Shown: piece after piece, positions 27,296 to 40,849 of the stretch | Layout: every line of letters starts with the position of its first letter | How positions within the stretch are numbered: the first letter of the stretch is position 1 | NCBI GenBank assembly: GCA_030141605.1 | Contig: JAQGDQ010000251.1 | Location: 210,486-274,485, forward strand | Direction: 5' to 3' | Source of the DNA: Tubiluchus corallicola | Lineage: Eukaryota > Animalia > Priapulida | DNA length: 64,000 nucleotides | Program-made: the position numbers and the translations under genes | The notes under the pieces: generated by a model | Databases searched by the model: none | What the model was told of the DNA's origin: nothing | The model's input: only the letters and a program-made list of their open reading frames with translations

Positions 27296-28335
27296 ATTCT
27301 CCGCAACTTTAACGCTCAACTCGCAGAGACGTACTAGAACGTACAACTGTATGGTGACCATTGACCACTGATCAAGGAGGGAAGGGCATGGACGTCGGTC
27401 ACTTTTTCCTTTGGGTCGCATCTGTTCCTAGAGCTTTTGGTTTTTCCAATTTCCAATTTTTTTTCACAAGTATTTGGGCACTGTGGGGGAGTGTGTACCT
27501 GGGATTTTAAAAAGCTGGCAAGTTTTAAATGCCCGAGGGAGGGGCCAATATGCAAAATTTGGGGTCCCCTCAGTTGGTGACCTCTTACATATTGAGGGCT
27601 ACGGACACAAAACTCACAGGGTACACTTATTGGGCAAAGTTATCTACGTATACGTGTGATCCGAGTTGCTGGGTCAAAGGTCACGGAGCGGGCTTGTCTT
27701 CATTTATTTTTCTTTAGAATCAATCTGCTCCATAGTTTTTAAGACAATATTTGATATGTGGTTAGGCGGGGACAGATTGTTGGATATGGCAGAATATTGG
27801 TCATTTGGAAAGGGGAAAAAATTTCCCCTATGAAGCAAAAACCGAAAAATGGGGGTTGGGAGCAGAAATGTTTAAGTGTCTTGGAATATTACCTTGTAGC
27901 ATATCAAATGAAAGGTCTCGATGAGACGAGTTGAATGGCAAAGGTTACAATGAGAATAGTTAATCCGCGACCCCGTTAGGGGGAAAAACTGAAAAATGAG
28001 GGTCGGGAACTGAAGTGCACCGAACGTTGAGCAATGATGCCTTGTAGCACATCAAATGAAAGGTCTCGATGAGGCATATTGAATGGCATAGGTTGCAACG
28101 AGAACAGCTAATTTGCGACCCCTCTAGGGGGCAAAAACCGAAACATTAAGGTCGGGAACAGAAATGCATCGAGTGTCTACGAATAGTACCATGTAGCATA
28201 TTAAATGAAAGGTCTTACTAAATGAGGCGAATCGAATGATATGGGTTATAGCGTGAATAGTTAACCTGTGACCCAGTTAGGGGCAAAATAGGGGTCGAGG
28301 AGACAAATGCCTTCCAGGGTCTACCAAAATGGACA
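27296..28335. mobile_element. Interspersed element with ~155-bp internal tandem units (HINE/Helentron-associated-like)
   Basis: Three units with core gtagcatatcaaatgaaaggtctcgatgag at ~27896, 28044 and 28193; the same unit recurs at 44590-44900. Family assignment is inference. Confidence 0.55.
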
Positions 28336-29439
28336 TTCTCTGGTACACTTCATCATACTTCATCATTAATCATCGATCATTTCCACGATCATCATTAATC
28401 ACGGGAACTATAAAAAGGCTTATTTTGAAGTAAAAAACAGATTAAACTATTGGCAGCTTTATAAGTCAAATCAATCAAGTTGTCAGTTAATAAATTGAGG
28501 AGAACTAATAATTCAAAATAACTTCAAGCTGGTATAATATATATTAGTACAAAGTAAAGAGTTAATCACGGAATGAGCAAAAGATCGTATAAAAGCATGC
28601 AAACGTATACCAAATAAAACGCATAGAATACTTGTATACATGCATGCACCACAATCAATAAACATACAGTATACATTAAAATGTAAACACACGTAAATAA
28701 TGTCATTTGCAGAGTTCCAATAATCTAGTAAGCCTTAAAGGGGAAGAAAAGGAATATTAAAGCATCTCAAAACCTTCCCACACAAACTTGCATTACTTAC
28801 CTGTTTGAAAGACTTATGTATGTGTAATTGGAAAAAATTCTTAATAATTTAAAATGTTTGACCAACTGATAAAACTGCACTGCATCGCCGTCCTCTGTTA
28901 ACTAAACTTGTCCCGGATAACGTTATTACCTACCGTCAAACTGGATACTACAAGTTTTATACAATATTACTGCTACTGCTAGCCATGTGCGCAAAAGGAC
29001 AGCACATAATATAAAATTTCAAGACGAATTTATTTATAAAGCCTTCTTTCTTGCGCTTTAAAAACGTTTTTCAGAATCTTAAATGTGTTGATTACAGTTC
29101 ACAGTATGTCTGTGTTTTGCTCAATACTTTTATGCGATTAAGGATCAACGAATGCGTAATTACGCGTATAAACTCTTATTAACTTACTCTCCTTTCCACA
29201 ACTGGGATACCCTTAAACACAGCGCAGCCAAGTTCAACATCAATTGGAACGTACATTTTAACATGCCTTCTTCTGTATCTGAAAAAATTAACACTTTTGC
29301 ATCATTTTAAAGATGAAATACGCAACGGGACGCTGAATAGAATGACCAGCGTCATTTTTGTGCAAATCGCCCAAATAAACACCAAGGGGCACTCAAAGTA
29401 AATGGCTAAAATGAAGATTTAAATAGATGTGCAGAAATA

Positions 29440-30160
29440 CAATTCCACGATCAATTTACTAGCGAAAAAAGAAATTTGTTGACGTCTTCTTGAGTCGACT
29501 GAAGTGTTATATTCACGGAAACAATTTTCTTGTAGAGGATTTCACAGATAAGAAGCTCGAGGAAAAAGCCATGTAAGTGATATAACACTGTATCATCGTA
29601 ACTGAAGATCGTGTAAACAGGATAATTGACAGGGGATTTTGTCATTATTAACCCAGCAAGTGGTATAAATATAGAAATATACAACGATCAGCACTGTTAC
29701 ATGTTCGCTGATATTGGAACTTTTGATTTTGATTTTGCTCAATCTGGTTTTGCTGTACTGCTTTCTACCAATGAACTAAACAATTTGCGACCGACCTGCA
29801 AGCGTTGGTTAATTAAATTGAACTTCTTGCAATAAAAAGTCAAATACCTCAACGTTTGAATCTTTGAAATCAGGCTGTAACTACCTCTCTCAATTCTTCG
29901 CTGTAATTATTTTTTCATCCAAACTTTTCTAACTCTTTCCAATTTCGCATTTTTTAATCGTACAAGCTAACCCAATATAGACAACAAAACACGTCTGCAT
30001 ATTGGTGCCAAATTTGACTAACACTCCTTGTTGAGTAGTTATTACCAGAGTTTGACTGAGCAAAGTTTGATGCGTCTAAACACGCATCAGTTTTTAGACT
30101 GACCGTTTTTGTTTGTCAGTTTTAGTTTGACAGTTTAAAAACTGATCGTGTAAACGCTAC
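29440..30160. mobile_element. PIF/Harbinger-like MITE, copy 1
   Basis: Ends in aaaactgatcgtgtaaacgc; colinear with 46040-46560 (shared ttttgtcatt.ttaa.ccagcaagtggta and aagcta.cccaatatagacaacaaa). Confidence 0.55.
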
Positions 30161-30429
30161 ATAAGGGAAAAGAACGTTAATTGTTGCTTTATCATACAAG
30201 GTTAAAGTTTGTTATCGTTTTTTTCTAACACACTTACCTTTAATATTTATTTATTGAACCATTAAGAAAAGAAATTACAGAAAATAAAGAAAAAAACGAC
30301 TTAAAAACATTATACATCTAAAAAAGAAACCACTTATAAGTGGTATAATTGTTCAAACACAAAAAACGCATACAACAGAGCAGCATACATATATATTATA
30401 AACTTAATATTACAGTTAATCAGTTAATC

Positions 30430-30710
30430 AAGCTTGCACTGAGTTATCTCAATCGGGCATGTCTTCAAATATTTTGTGGACCAATCTAGCATTAATTTTA
30501 ATAACTTCTACATTATGATGCATTTAAAAGCACGAACTGCTCTTTGGAAGACATATAATGAAAGTTAGGACAAACATCAGAAAGGATACCAGAACATTCC
30601 TCTCTTACATGAGCGCACAGTAGGCATTCAGTAATTACATGCAATTTATCCTCTACTTTGTTCAAACAACAATTTTTACATATTCGATGTTCAGATCCTT
30701 GTCCAACCAC
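30430..30710 (-). mobile_element. LINE 3' fragment (C-terminal CCHC finger)
   Basis: HRICKNCCLNKVEDKLHVITECLL matches the LINE 'RxCxxC..VEDExHxxxxC' motif; an A/T-rich tail follows. Confidence 0.7.
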
Positions 30711-32159
30711 TAGGCAAACTAGGCAGTTGCGTCAGGCGTAAAATTGTTGGAGGGGGTGCCAACTTCTGAAAGTAATTCTTTAATTTTTAAGTTTGTCGTA
30801 AATAACGATGCAGTTAAATGCGTAATTGGTTAGGTGCTCTAAAGCCGCTCGAATTAATGAACGAATTTCCAGCGATATTTTCATCCACGACAACACGGAT
30901 CTGTCTTTCTACAACAAACATTTTCCACCCTCACTTTACTTGTCTTCCTAAGATTTACACCATTCCAGGCAGATGCTACAGATATTTTACACAATTTTTG
31001 CTCAAATTTCTATTGTATGCAACTATGCTTTGAGCAGCTAAGCAGTTTCTTGCAATATCATTTATCTAATTGTGGCATGTAAACCGAAATCGAAGCTTTC
31101 AGCCTTCAAGAATTAATGCAGGAAATGAACGTAAAGAAGCTGGCGGACATTCAAGTATTTGAACAGCAAAAAGATTCACTAATGAAATGTTTGAATTCAG
31201 GCCAGAGTTATAGTTGTGAAAATAGTGAAATGGGAATAGTTGAAAATGGGTAGTTAGGGAGTCAAGAATGTTCAGATGAATAGACTGAAAGAAAGGGTAT
31301 GTACATGAAGAATGTGCAGAAATTACAGAAATTCTGATTGTTCCTGAAGGCCCAGATTGAATGGGATCATAAATTCAATTTCAAATTCAATTAATACCAA
31401 GCTGTATGACACTTAATTAATACACTATAATGCACATATAAGCCTAACGCCCGGGTACCATTATAGTATCAAAAATTCAATTTTAGGGGCAGGGACCACG
31501 GGGAAGCCAGGGGCGTATTTAGCAATAGGCTAACTGGGCTGTAGCCTAGAGCGGCTAATTTTGAAGAGCGCAAGATTTTAGGGGCTCAGGGTTAAATATT
31601 CTTATTCGACTTGGAAGATGTTTATTTTTTCATATTCATATTAAGCACCTATTTTATAACACACCACAAGCAGTTACTAAGCGGCGTTTTATGTAAGAGC
31701 TCAACTAACATTGTATGTATTTAATTTATTAGTCAACAAAATTATAGTAAATTACAAATTGCAGGGTAAATATAACAAGTTAGTCATGTTCTAAGGCAGG
31801 TACACAGGCAAGTAAACTACTTTTATTACATAAAAGGTACTGCACCAGTAATTGTGTTGTGTGCTTACAGATCAACAACGTGTAAAAAGCTAATTAATAA
31901 TACCTACGTAGGTATTAGGTAGCAGTGATACTAATACACCACAAGTAATTGTTTATCAGATTCATATATATAAATAACCATAAATCCAAAATAGAAGTGA
32001 GTGTGACTGAACCGTCAGTTTAGGTCGTCGTAATGTCTTGATACGCCCTGGGGAGAATCCCTTGAAAAGGGGCATTAAAAAGACTTTTGCCTAGGGCGTC
32101 AAACTACCTAGAGCCGATACTGCCTTTATTAACAAATTATTAAAAGCACATTAGCTATT

Positions 32160-32740
32160 GAAGTCAAACATATTGGTCTATTGCTCCGCCCCCACTTGTA
32201 ACTTAAGCACGTTCAACAGCATTCGGGAAACAGCTCACGCAGGACAACAACTATCCAAGCTAAACTAAACAACATGATGGTCACTGATTGCGCTTTTTCA
32301 TAAACATAGATTTGCAGAGCAGCAGATGACTTTTCAATTTAAACAGAATAGAGACGAAGTTTCAAAGCACTACAAAATACAGAGACATAAGCATAATAAA
32401 GAAACCAAGCAAATTACTATTACAAAAATTAGCAACAAAAATATTAAGTCTCTCTTGCCATTAAACATACGAACATCAAACCTGCGATGTATTTTGCTAT
32501 ATTAACTGATAATGTGCTCGTCTGCAAGATTTCTTCAGTTTTTGTATTTTTCCGTTTGTCAGGCTACGGATATGGAACAAATTTGACTAAGTCCCAATGG
32601 CATCCTTAACCCATGATTATAGACAGAAAAATAGCGTAGAATTAGCTAATATTACATTGATGTATAATATAAGTTTTGACCACATTTGAATTATTTTGAC
32701 TGTGAAGATGAGGTTTATAAAAACTGGCCTGAAATGAAAA
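32160..32740 (+). repeat. Dispersed ~600-bp repeat, copy 1 (copy 2 at 62925-63600); probably a non-autonomous DNA transposon
   Basis: Shared tattggtctat.gctccgcc, tagagacgaagtttcaaagcactacaaaatacagagacataag and ctaatattacattgatgtataatat. Confidence 0.75.
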
Positions 32741-33564
32741 CATTTTTGTCCTTATTTAAAGTTAATCTAGTAGTTGTTTTTATCTAACTTGCAAAGCCAT
32801 AAACTAAACTAAACTGCATATTTTCTTGATTGCAAAATGGTTTAAACAGCAACTCATAGACATAAGCGTTGTCCATTTCTTCCCATAAACGAAACTAGAC
32901 TATATATTTCCACTAATTCATTTGCAATTTCAATTGACAATAATAAAATCTAGAACCAGGCCAATATTTCTCCCGCTAACTAATGAAAAGTCGAGCATTT
33001 TTAATAACAGCAATAGGCGGAGCTGTAGCTAAATGTCCCGAACGTGCCTGCAGGGGTGCGAAACACTTGCATGCTGATTGGGCAGTCAACGAAAACGATT
33101 GACATTATGTTAGACGCCAATTGTTAGTTCAAGAATAACGATAGAAGACGGCGACAGAAACGCTTCAAATATGGTCGATGAACAACACAATGATATTGTA
33201 TACACTATAGTGCCTCCTTGACACTTGACGCTTCTGTAAAAAAATTAAGTGGCTTCACAAAATTGCGTAAACTTACTCCATGCGTTTTAATACCAGCCAT
33301 GCCAACACGTAGAAGGCTAGCACTCCTGCGCTTACTATAGCAACAGTCCATACACTTTTAGTGAGGCATCCATCCCATCAGACCGGGTAGGGTCTACTTG
33401 CTCACCAGTTTCTTTCACTGTTAAAAATATAAAAAATTAGTTCATGGTAATATTAGTAAAAATTTATTTTAAGCGAAAAAAGAAGGATAAAAATGCAACC
33501 GGCCTACCGATAATAAGGGACACAGTTGTATACTGGTCCAATTGTGAAGACATTTTATTTTTTC

Positions 33565-33630
33565 TATTACTATTATTATTATTATCATCATCATCATCAT
33601 CATCATCAACAACAACAACAACAACAACAA

Positions 33631-33693
<63 letters not shown>
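33565..33693. repeat. Compound microsatellite (TAT)n(CAT)n(CAA)n(CAT)n
   Basis: Directly visible; it explains the poly-S, poly-D and poly-M ORFs. Confidence 0.95.
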
Positions 33694-34048
33694 TAAACAC
33701 AGTGCTTGAGAAAACTTATAGCGATCCTTTCGTATGCTAATTATTTTTTCGTTTTCTAAATTAGCTCAATTCAAAAAAAAAATATTATCGTGCTTTTTAA
33801 ATCACCTTAATTCAATATCTACCAAAAACTCTGTAATTCTGTAATTTTGACGAGACTTTCACCTCACATTTGAAGAAAAAAGCAATTTATATCGAAACAT
33901 AATGATAGTGTTTAAAGCAAAGTATTTAATAACCCTGTTCAAGCTGGTGAAACATAATTTATTTTAATTCGTTTAATCCAGTTACGTATTATTAATATAA
34001 TATATTATTTAAACGATTATAATTATGATATCTGACGGAATCGAGCGA

Positions 34049-34275
34049 TGACGTACCAATCTTCACTAAGTGACTACGTACACAGGCAATGACGTCATAA
34101 ATACTCACTCTTTACCTGGCCGACAACCGCGTCTCTTTGATATTTATCATTTTACCTAACAAATCTGTAAAGAGAAGGATGCTGTTCTTCAAGCAAAAAA
34201 GATTTAGTGAAATTTTTGTTTGTCCGAGGGTGGACGCATAGAGTCCGAGGAAGACAGGTACACAGAATTTAATAA
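34049..34275 (+). promoter_or_regulatory. Divergent CRE-motif cassette (type B-like, copy 0)
   Basis: TGACGTCATAAATACT at 34090; ends CAG|GTACACAGAATTT, like CAG|GTACATAAAATATTT at 43962. Confidence 0.35.
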
Positions 34276-35364
34276 TATCATAATAGAATTTCTTTGTTAT
34301 TTATTTAGAAAAAAATATGATAAATAGCTTGGAGAACGATAGATGTATTATAAAACCTTAAATTTAAAACTCGAGAAATTACATAGAAACTCTGAAATGA
34401 AGACCAAGGAGCGCTTTTTGTCCTTATTGAAAAGAGGACCACAAAACTAGGTTAAGGCTTCGTGTTTTCTTAATTTTAACATCCAGAGGCAAACGCGAAC
34501 TATTGACGCACACTCCGGCTGTTGGGAGAGCATCTTTTTATGTTGGCTTTTGTAATGAAAGGTCTTACACTCAAGATTAATAAATCATAAGTTTTACCTT
34601 GGGGAGGTTAGCCGCTTTGGTTGGACGCCGGGTCCCGTTAGTATAGCTGTTTTTCCTAGAGCATTCCATGCGTTCGCCGTTCATTTCTCAGCTGATTCGT
34701 CCTTCATGCAATTCAGAGGAAACCTCAAAAGAGCTTGTTCGTCACAACACAAAAATTTTATTGACTGCAGTCTTCAACGGAAATCCAGCGACAATCAAAC
34801 ACAAACGCATAAAGTCACTGTAAATAAGTGACCGTCATTAAGTAAGTAAATAAGTATTTATTTTTTCACATAAAAATTCACAATAACCTGGCTACAAATG
34901 CAATCATTTTTTACCAGCGAAACATTTTTGCGTTTTTACTACTGTACTGTCATTATCGGCTGCTCGGCTGACACGTGTCATGTTCTCATATTACTTCGCC
35001 TAACAGTCGGGATTACGGGCGATTTTTAATTAAACATTGTAATTTAATTATTTACAAAAATTCTAAACAGTCAGAAGATATAATTGAGGCAACCACCAAT
35101 TCTAATGCGTTTAAATTTGTAAGAAATTTAATCATGTTTAAAAGGACTAATTTTTTGGTATACGTGTTGTGAACTTCCTTCCGTATCCCACATTACCAAA
35201 AGGGGTGGGCAGTACATTCGTCATGAAATCAGCTCAACAATAATAATTAACATGCTTAACATGTGAGGCAGCAAGTGCCTGTCACCCAGATAGCAAGCCT
35301 AATGAGAAGGCCACTTGGGTTTTTCTATATTGTCGGCTTTGAGAGCATCAGAATCCGGTCATCC

Positions 35365-35425
35365 AGGTGTGCTCGCTTCCTGCCAGGGAGGTGTCTGGTT
35401 CAACTCCCGACCGAGTCATACCGCC
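35365..35425 (+). mobile_element. tRNA-derived SINE head remnant
   Basis: B-box-like GGTTCAACTCCC followed by gaccgagtcatacc; another B-box GGTTCGAATCCC at ~35818. No cloverleaf. Confidence 0.4.
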
Positions 35426-36639
35426 GGTTCTTCGATCAAGCTTTATTGAAGTAACGTGCAGGTAATAATAATCAGGACCGCCTTGAAAATAAGCGTTGAG
35501 GTACTCAAGGTATAATCCCTTGACCATGCCCTAAACGAAATTATTATTACTTAAAAAATTGATATTCATTAAAATATCAGCCTCACTGGTTATTTTATTA
35601 AAGTAATATATTAAGTATGTAACATTTTGTTACTCTACACTCTACACAAACGCTAATTACTACTTAAATACACCGTTATAAGTTCTATATAAATATATAG
35701 GTTGAAAGCAAAACTAGTGCCGAATTTACAGAAAAGTGTAATGATCATTCTTTCCGTCCAGGAGCTTATATAAACTCTTTCTTCACAGCGAATTGGACGG
35801 TGAAAGAAGAAGGCGTAGGTTCGAATCCCAGTTGGGGTGCAAAAGGTTTTCAGAGCTTTCGTGCGGAACCCAAGATAATCACTGCTGGTGTTGCCAGAAA
35901 TAGCAGTTAAAGGCATACCAAATAGTTCACGTATAGCTTCACCAGGGAGGAACCAACGTAGAATTCTGAAGGCCTGCCTCGTCCATTGACAGAAAAAGAA
36001 CGTAGTGAATACGCCTAAGCTAGGGCTTTTGTTTATATTTTTTTATTTCTGTCATCTTTGTGCCCTAAGCGTGCATATGCATGATAAAAGTTAATATATC
36101 AAAGGGCAATTGCGCAATGATTTTTGGGTCTCAGTATCGTCTGCAGACGAGCAGCTATTATTACCAACACCCACTTTTGACAATGACACTGCACTTGTGT
36201 ATGTCTCTTATTTTGGCTGACCGGTTATGGCGTTGTGCTTGGTGTTGAAGTTAAGAATGCCGCACAGGCTGGTCAGTTAATGGATGAATGACAAACTTTC
36301 GTTCTCCCTCAAAGCAGGTTCATGCTGATTCTGGCTGTTTACCTCGTAGAGGAAAGTCGTACTTACATCTGAATGTGATTAAGCCACCTCTTCCAGTTCA
36401 GTGGCTCATCTTAGTGGCTTTGCCTTGATAATAAGCGAGGTTCTAGTCTCGCCATAAGCATAAAATCAGTTTGAGCTGCTAATGAATGCTGGATTATAGC
36501 TTGCACGATTCCGAACTGTACAAAAAAGAACAATAATTACTGAATAATTAAAATAGACCCTTTAGTAGCGTTTTGTTAATCGTTTATTTAAAATTTATAC
36601 AGATGTCATCTTATACGGAAATGACGTGTAGCCCGGTTT

Positions 36640-36955
36640 AGGGACATTTTCCTGTGACGCCATAAACACTTCTTAGCAACAGCTTCTTAGTTACCACAAG
36701 AGGGCAAGAACTCGGAGTTGATCAGCAAGTCTACTGGCGGAGGTTTGTTAATTTTTATTTAAACTCCTGAAAAATTACGATTAAAATCGTTAAGCTTTGC
36801 GAGGCCAGCAGGTTTATGTGTTTTCGGGTTCTTATTTATTTCAGGAAGGCAAGACATCACAGACACTGTTAACGGCCCAAGATCTTAGAGGTTCTGCAAA
36901 GGTAGGGACCCCGGCAACAACCAAAGATTCTGAAGGAACTGCAAGGGTAAGTACT
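36640..36955 (+). promoter_or_regulatory. CRE/X-box promoter + two short exon-like segments (type B1)
   Basis: TGACGCCATAAACACT (36655), TAGCAACAGCTTCTTAG (36674), putative 102-nt intron 36743-36844, donors at 36902 and 36947 (GTAAGT). Confidence 0.45.
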
Positions 36956-37789
36956 TGAATAGCAACGTTCTTGTATTGTTCATTTCGAAGGACTAATTTG
37001 CGAATAGGGAAACCTTTATTATATTATCGTATAATATATTAATGTAAATATGCTGTACATGTATTTGTGACAGATATTTGTAAGTATCATTAACTAAGAC
37101 CGTGATTACTTCTCTCATTGCAAATATAAAATAGAATCCACCTTGTCACATGCTGTCAAAAGACCTTTAACTATTTCAGCATCTACCAGTAGTTACTTCA
37201 GAGTGAAAATTGTTACATATATCAGCAGGTTCGATAACTATCTGCGGTGTGTTAACATGATCACAGTTGGCACATGATGATAACTGCAGTAGGCACTACA
37301 GTAACACTGCAGGACATTTGTAACAGACATGTTTCTACTCTATTTGTGTGGAGTTTTTACTCTATTTATTGATATAATTAACATATTAATATATGTTAAC
37401 AATTATTACAATTATCAGGCCCAGATAATAATTACAGTATATCTCCATGATGTAATAATTATACTTATATTATTATTATGATAATAAAAGTAACGATGTT
37501 TAAATAGCATCAATCGTGGCAGCAGTGGTATAGACTCGTTTCCCAGAAAATTTTTCCTCTCCGACAAAAAGTACAGAAATTTCACAGAAAATGTTTTTTC
37601 CCAGAAAAGATAATGCGCAATAAAAAGTAGTTTATTTTAACTACGTGTATTGATTAATAGGGATCATATAATGAAAAAATTGTCAACTCTTAAAGGCAAG
37701 ACAGTAGATGTCGATTTGTAACGTCAGAACGATTTGGTAGGGAATCATGTTGATATTTGAATATGCACAATAGTGAGTAATCACGGCGT

Positions 37790-37875
37790 GTGATTCGTTA
37801 CCGAAGTTAAGCAACGCCAAAGTTGCCTAAAAACTGTTTTATTGGGAGATAGCTTAGGAAAATTACTCTTGGGCT
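37790..37875 (+). pseudogene. Degenerate 5S rRNA-derived sequence (pseudogene or SINE3 head)
   Basis: ACCGAAGTTAAGCAACG matches the invertebrate 5S box A region, then ttgggagatagcttaggaa resembles ATGGGTGACCGCCTGGGAA. A weaker copy at ~20350-20405 has GGATGGGTGACTGCC. Confidence 0.45.
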
Positions 37876-38699
37876 CACACTCAAGTTACTTTTACTGCGA
37901 TTCCGAACCATTTCGTTCATTTCTTGTTGTGTAGAGAAGATGTAAATGTATCCGTATGTAACTTTAGCAGTTCAGTGTTTCATCTGGCAGAATTATCTTT
38001 CAAATGAGCAAGGATCCGGTTCTGCCACAAAAGAACCTGTAAAAAAACCTCCTTAATTTATTGGAAAAATGTTGACCCCAAGATATTAACAAATCTGTCA
38101 GGTTCCCAAAGCCTTGGTGTTTTCACATTTTTATAATTTCTATTATTTATTAAGATATATTTCAAATGCTATGACAATCAATTGAATTTAAAGTGATTAT
38201 ATGCAGCAAATGATTCAGTGCAAATTACTGACAGAAAGGAATTTTATCCTAAAACAACTTTAAATTGTACCAACGAAGTTTCAAAACAAAATAATTTTCC
38301 AAAAAGAAAATTAAAAAAAAAATTGACACCTTAAATATTGAGTCACTTTAATGATTCCGATTGTTGATAGTCATTAGTCAAAGCACTGCAGATAAAGGAT
38401 GGCAGAAGAGAAACAACAAGAGGGAGGGAGGAGGTTCAGATGCAAATACATCGTCCCCCAATGAGATCAGCATGGTGAATGACACTGCACAGTTAGTATT
38501 GTATCTGTCCTCTATCCATTTATAAACCGTTTTTAGCATTGCTTCACTTTGGATGCTAAGTAGTTTTCGTAACCACTCGGTTTTTCCTCTTCCAATGGCA
38601 GGATTAAAAGCATACAATACCAGAGACGTATCTGGTATGTCTGTGAGATATCTATGACTGGAGATGTCTTCAATATCTGTGGTCAACGACAGTAGACGT

Positions 38700-38880
38700 C
38701 CTCACTGATGTCACAAATGTTAGCTCGTCATTAGATTTGGACGTCATAGCAACAGTTTCTTGGCTATTACACACATTAAGCAGATTGCTCAAAGAGGTCC
38801 ACGTAGATTGCTTCTATTCCGGGTGGATTCTCAAGTAAAAGCAAGTACGTTAGTGGCAAATTTCGTTAAATTCTCTTGCA
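38700..38880 (+). promoter_or_regulatory. CRE/X-box promoter + exon-like segment (type A1)
   Basis: TGATGTCACAAATGTT (38706), GACGTCATAGCAACAGTTTCTTGG (38740); homologous to 42785-42975. Confidence 0.45.
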
Positions 38881-39704
38881 AGACCATGAACCGTAATGCT
38901 AAAACGTTGCCTCAATCAACTCGCAATCCTTCACCTCTTTCAGAGACCCACACCAACGTGTAGACCGGTTTCTTTTTATCCCATAGGTTCTTGGCAGGAA
39001 ATTTACAGCTCCTTGAAAGGAAAAAACGGGGCTACAGGATGGTTTCGTTGGCTAAAGCCTCTGTTAGGATGAAAGGTAACGAGCTAGTTTTGCGGGAATG
39101 ATTTTTCTGACCGATTCTGCATTATCTATTTAGTTGAACTATTTTGCATTTACCGTTTCTAGCGAATTTGGAAGAGAGGACCAGAAGAGAATGGAGCAAC
39201 ATTGATGTACAAGTTTGATGATTTCTTCCGAAGTACGAAGGCAGAATTTAATTCAACTAGATTCAGAATAGCAGGTATTCAATTATTTAAAAAACTATTC
39301 TTTTTTATATAGTCCTAAACCGTTTCTTGTAGCATCCTCTTGGCTCTGGGCGGAGAGATTCTCAAATCACAACACTGGGGAAGACGAAATTAAATTTTTA
39401 AAATGAACTTTAAAGTTTCATAGTTATTACATCTTTTCTCTTAAGCATTTATTAATTTTACAGTTCTTCCTACAGAAAAGTGTTATTATTATTTTTATTA
39501 AATTTATTATATAAATTAAATCTTATTGGTGATTTATGGAAGGCATAATAGCTGGTAATTTTCTTAAGACTACGGAGTGTATGCTCAGCTTAAATAATTG
39601 AATCTGAATAACAATATGATAATAATTATACCACTACACCGTTAGGCACGGGACAACTTTGTCCAAACTTCTTCTTCATTGCAAATTTGGCGTGTTGGGA
39701 GTGA

Positions 39705-39970
39705 GGACATTCTTGGTGACATCATAAACACTCTTTCTTAGGTCATAGCAACATAGCAACCCATTATAAGTTTCTTGACTAGTTTTCATTTCTTACTTAG
39801 GATCCAGATCTAGAGCCAGGAAAAGACAGGAAATGCGAGAAATCGCTAGGACACATGCAGCATTATTAGGAGGAGACGCAGTAAAGGTAAGTTGTGCAAA
39901 TAGGGAGCCTACGCAAACCCGACAAGCAGCCCAGGGCACGCAAGACTTAAGGTACCCAGATTATAATATT
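39705..39970 (+). promoter_or_regulatory. CRE/X-box promoter + exon-like segment (type B2, internally deleted)
   Basis: TGACATCATAAACACT (39717), two TAGCAAC (39746, 39754), acceptor 39800, AAAG|GTAAGT donor at 39887. Confidence 0.45.
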
Positions 39971-40387
39971 ATTTTGCTTGTTTAACTGGCATGAAAAATA
40001 TGGCTTTGCTTTGTTCAGGTATTGTGTTGGTGGTTCGTTTTAAATTTGTTCGAAACTTATACCTTATATCCGTGAAAACTACATATGAATGTTCAAAAAC
40101 GCAGTGACATTCCATATGGATAGAGGAAGAGCCAAGCGTGAATTTCAGTGAGAAATCCTTACAGCTATACTTCGTCATATTTATCAAGTATTGGTCTTTC
40201 TTCCTATCTAAATCGCTTAGCAGCTCTAAAATGGGTGTATGTAGACTATAGGGTGCGCGGTAAAAATGGTAGAGGGAAAAGGGACACGGTAAAATTGCAC
40301 AGGAAAAAATGGTACAGAAAAAACGGCACAAATGGAAAAGTAGGAAAAATGGCACGTGTTATTTTGATGGAATTGATTTTATAAGAA

Positions 40388-40790
40388 AACTAGAATGCGC
40401 TCAATAAGAAGCAGATTGGATTTCTATCGAGTAATGGACGAATGCTCCGCATAGTGTTCATCTGCCTTTTTCATCATTAATTTTGGCGGTAGTAATTAAT
40501 AGACTGACAATAATATGCGTATCAAGTCTATAAGGCTATACACCTAATGAGTAAAGGTTACTCGTGAAGTGATTTTCGAGTGTTTTTTATATGCGGTGTT
40601 CGGTCAAGTTTTGCGAAAAGAGAACTGGCGAAACGATTCCAATTTTTGCACTCTGTACCCGCCTTTCCTCACAAAGTTTCTGGAAATCTGTCAGATAGTT
40701 TTTGAGTAAAGGGCTTACTGCTGTAACAGACAAAAACAAACAACCAAACAAACAGTCAAACCAACTGTGTTGAAGCAGAAGTAAACTTAA
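40388..40790 (+). mobile_element. HINE/DINE-like short element
   Basis: AACTAGAATG start, aagtttc.tggaaatctgtc..tagtttttgag core and an (ACAA/ACAG)n microsatellite. Confidence 0.5.
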
Positions 40791-40849
40791 CTAAAAGAAT
40801 TTAGTTAACTAAAAAAAATTAATTAAATAATTTATTAAAGCTTCGTTAT

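Noticed and set aside
33444-33740. Poly-Ser, poly-Asp and poly-Met ORFs
   Set aside because: Artefacts of the (CAT)n/(CAA)n microsatellite.
35790-35840. tRNA gene (B-box GGTTCGAATCCC); also ~4270-4330
   Set aside because: No acceptor stem, cloverleaf or convincing A-box; more likely SINE remnants.
38378-38686. 102-aa minus-strand ORF / purine-rich plus-strand exon-like stretch
   Set aside because: No recognisable motif, non-ATG start and no convincing splice pair. It could belong to the cassette transcripts, but that is unsupported.
39969-40384. 128-aa and 78-aa overlapping ORFs
   Set aside because: Driven by low-complexity ~15-bp GGAAAAAATGGCAC-like units typical of transposon termini; no recognisable domain.
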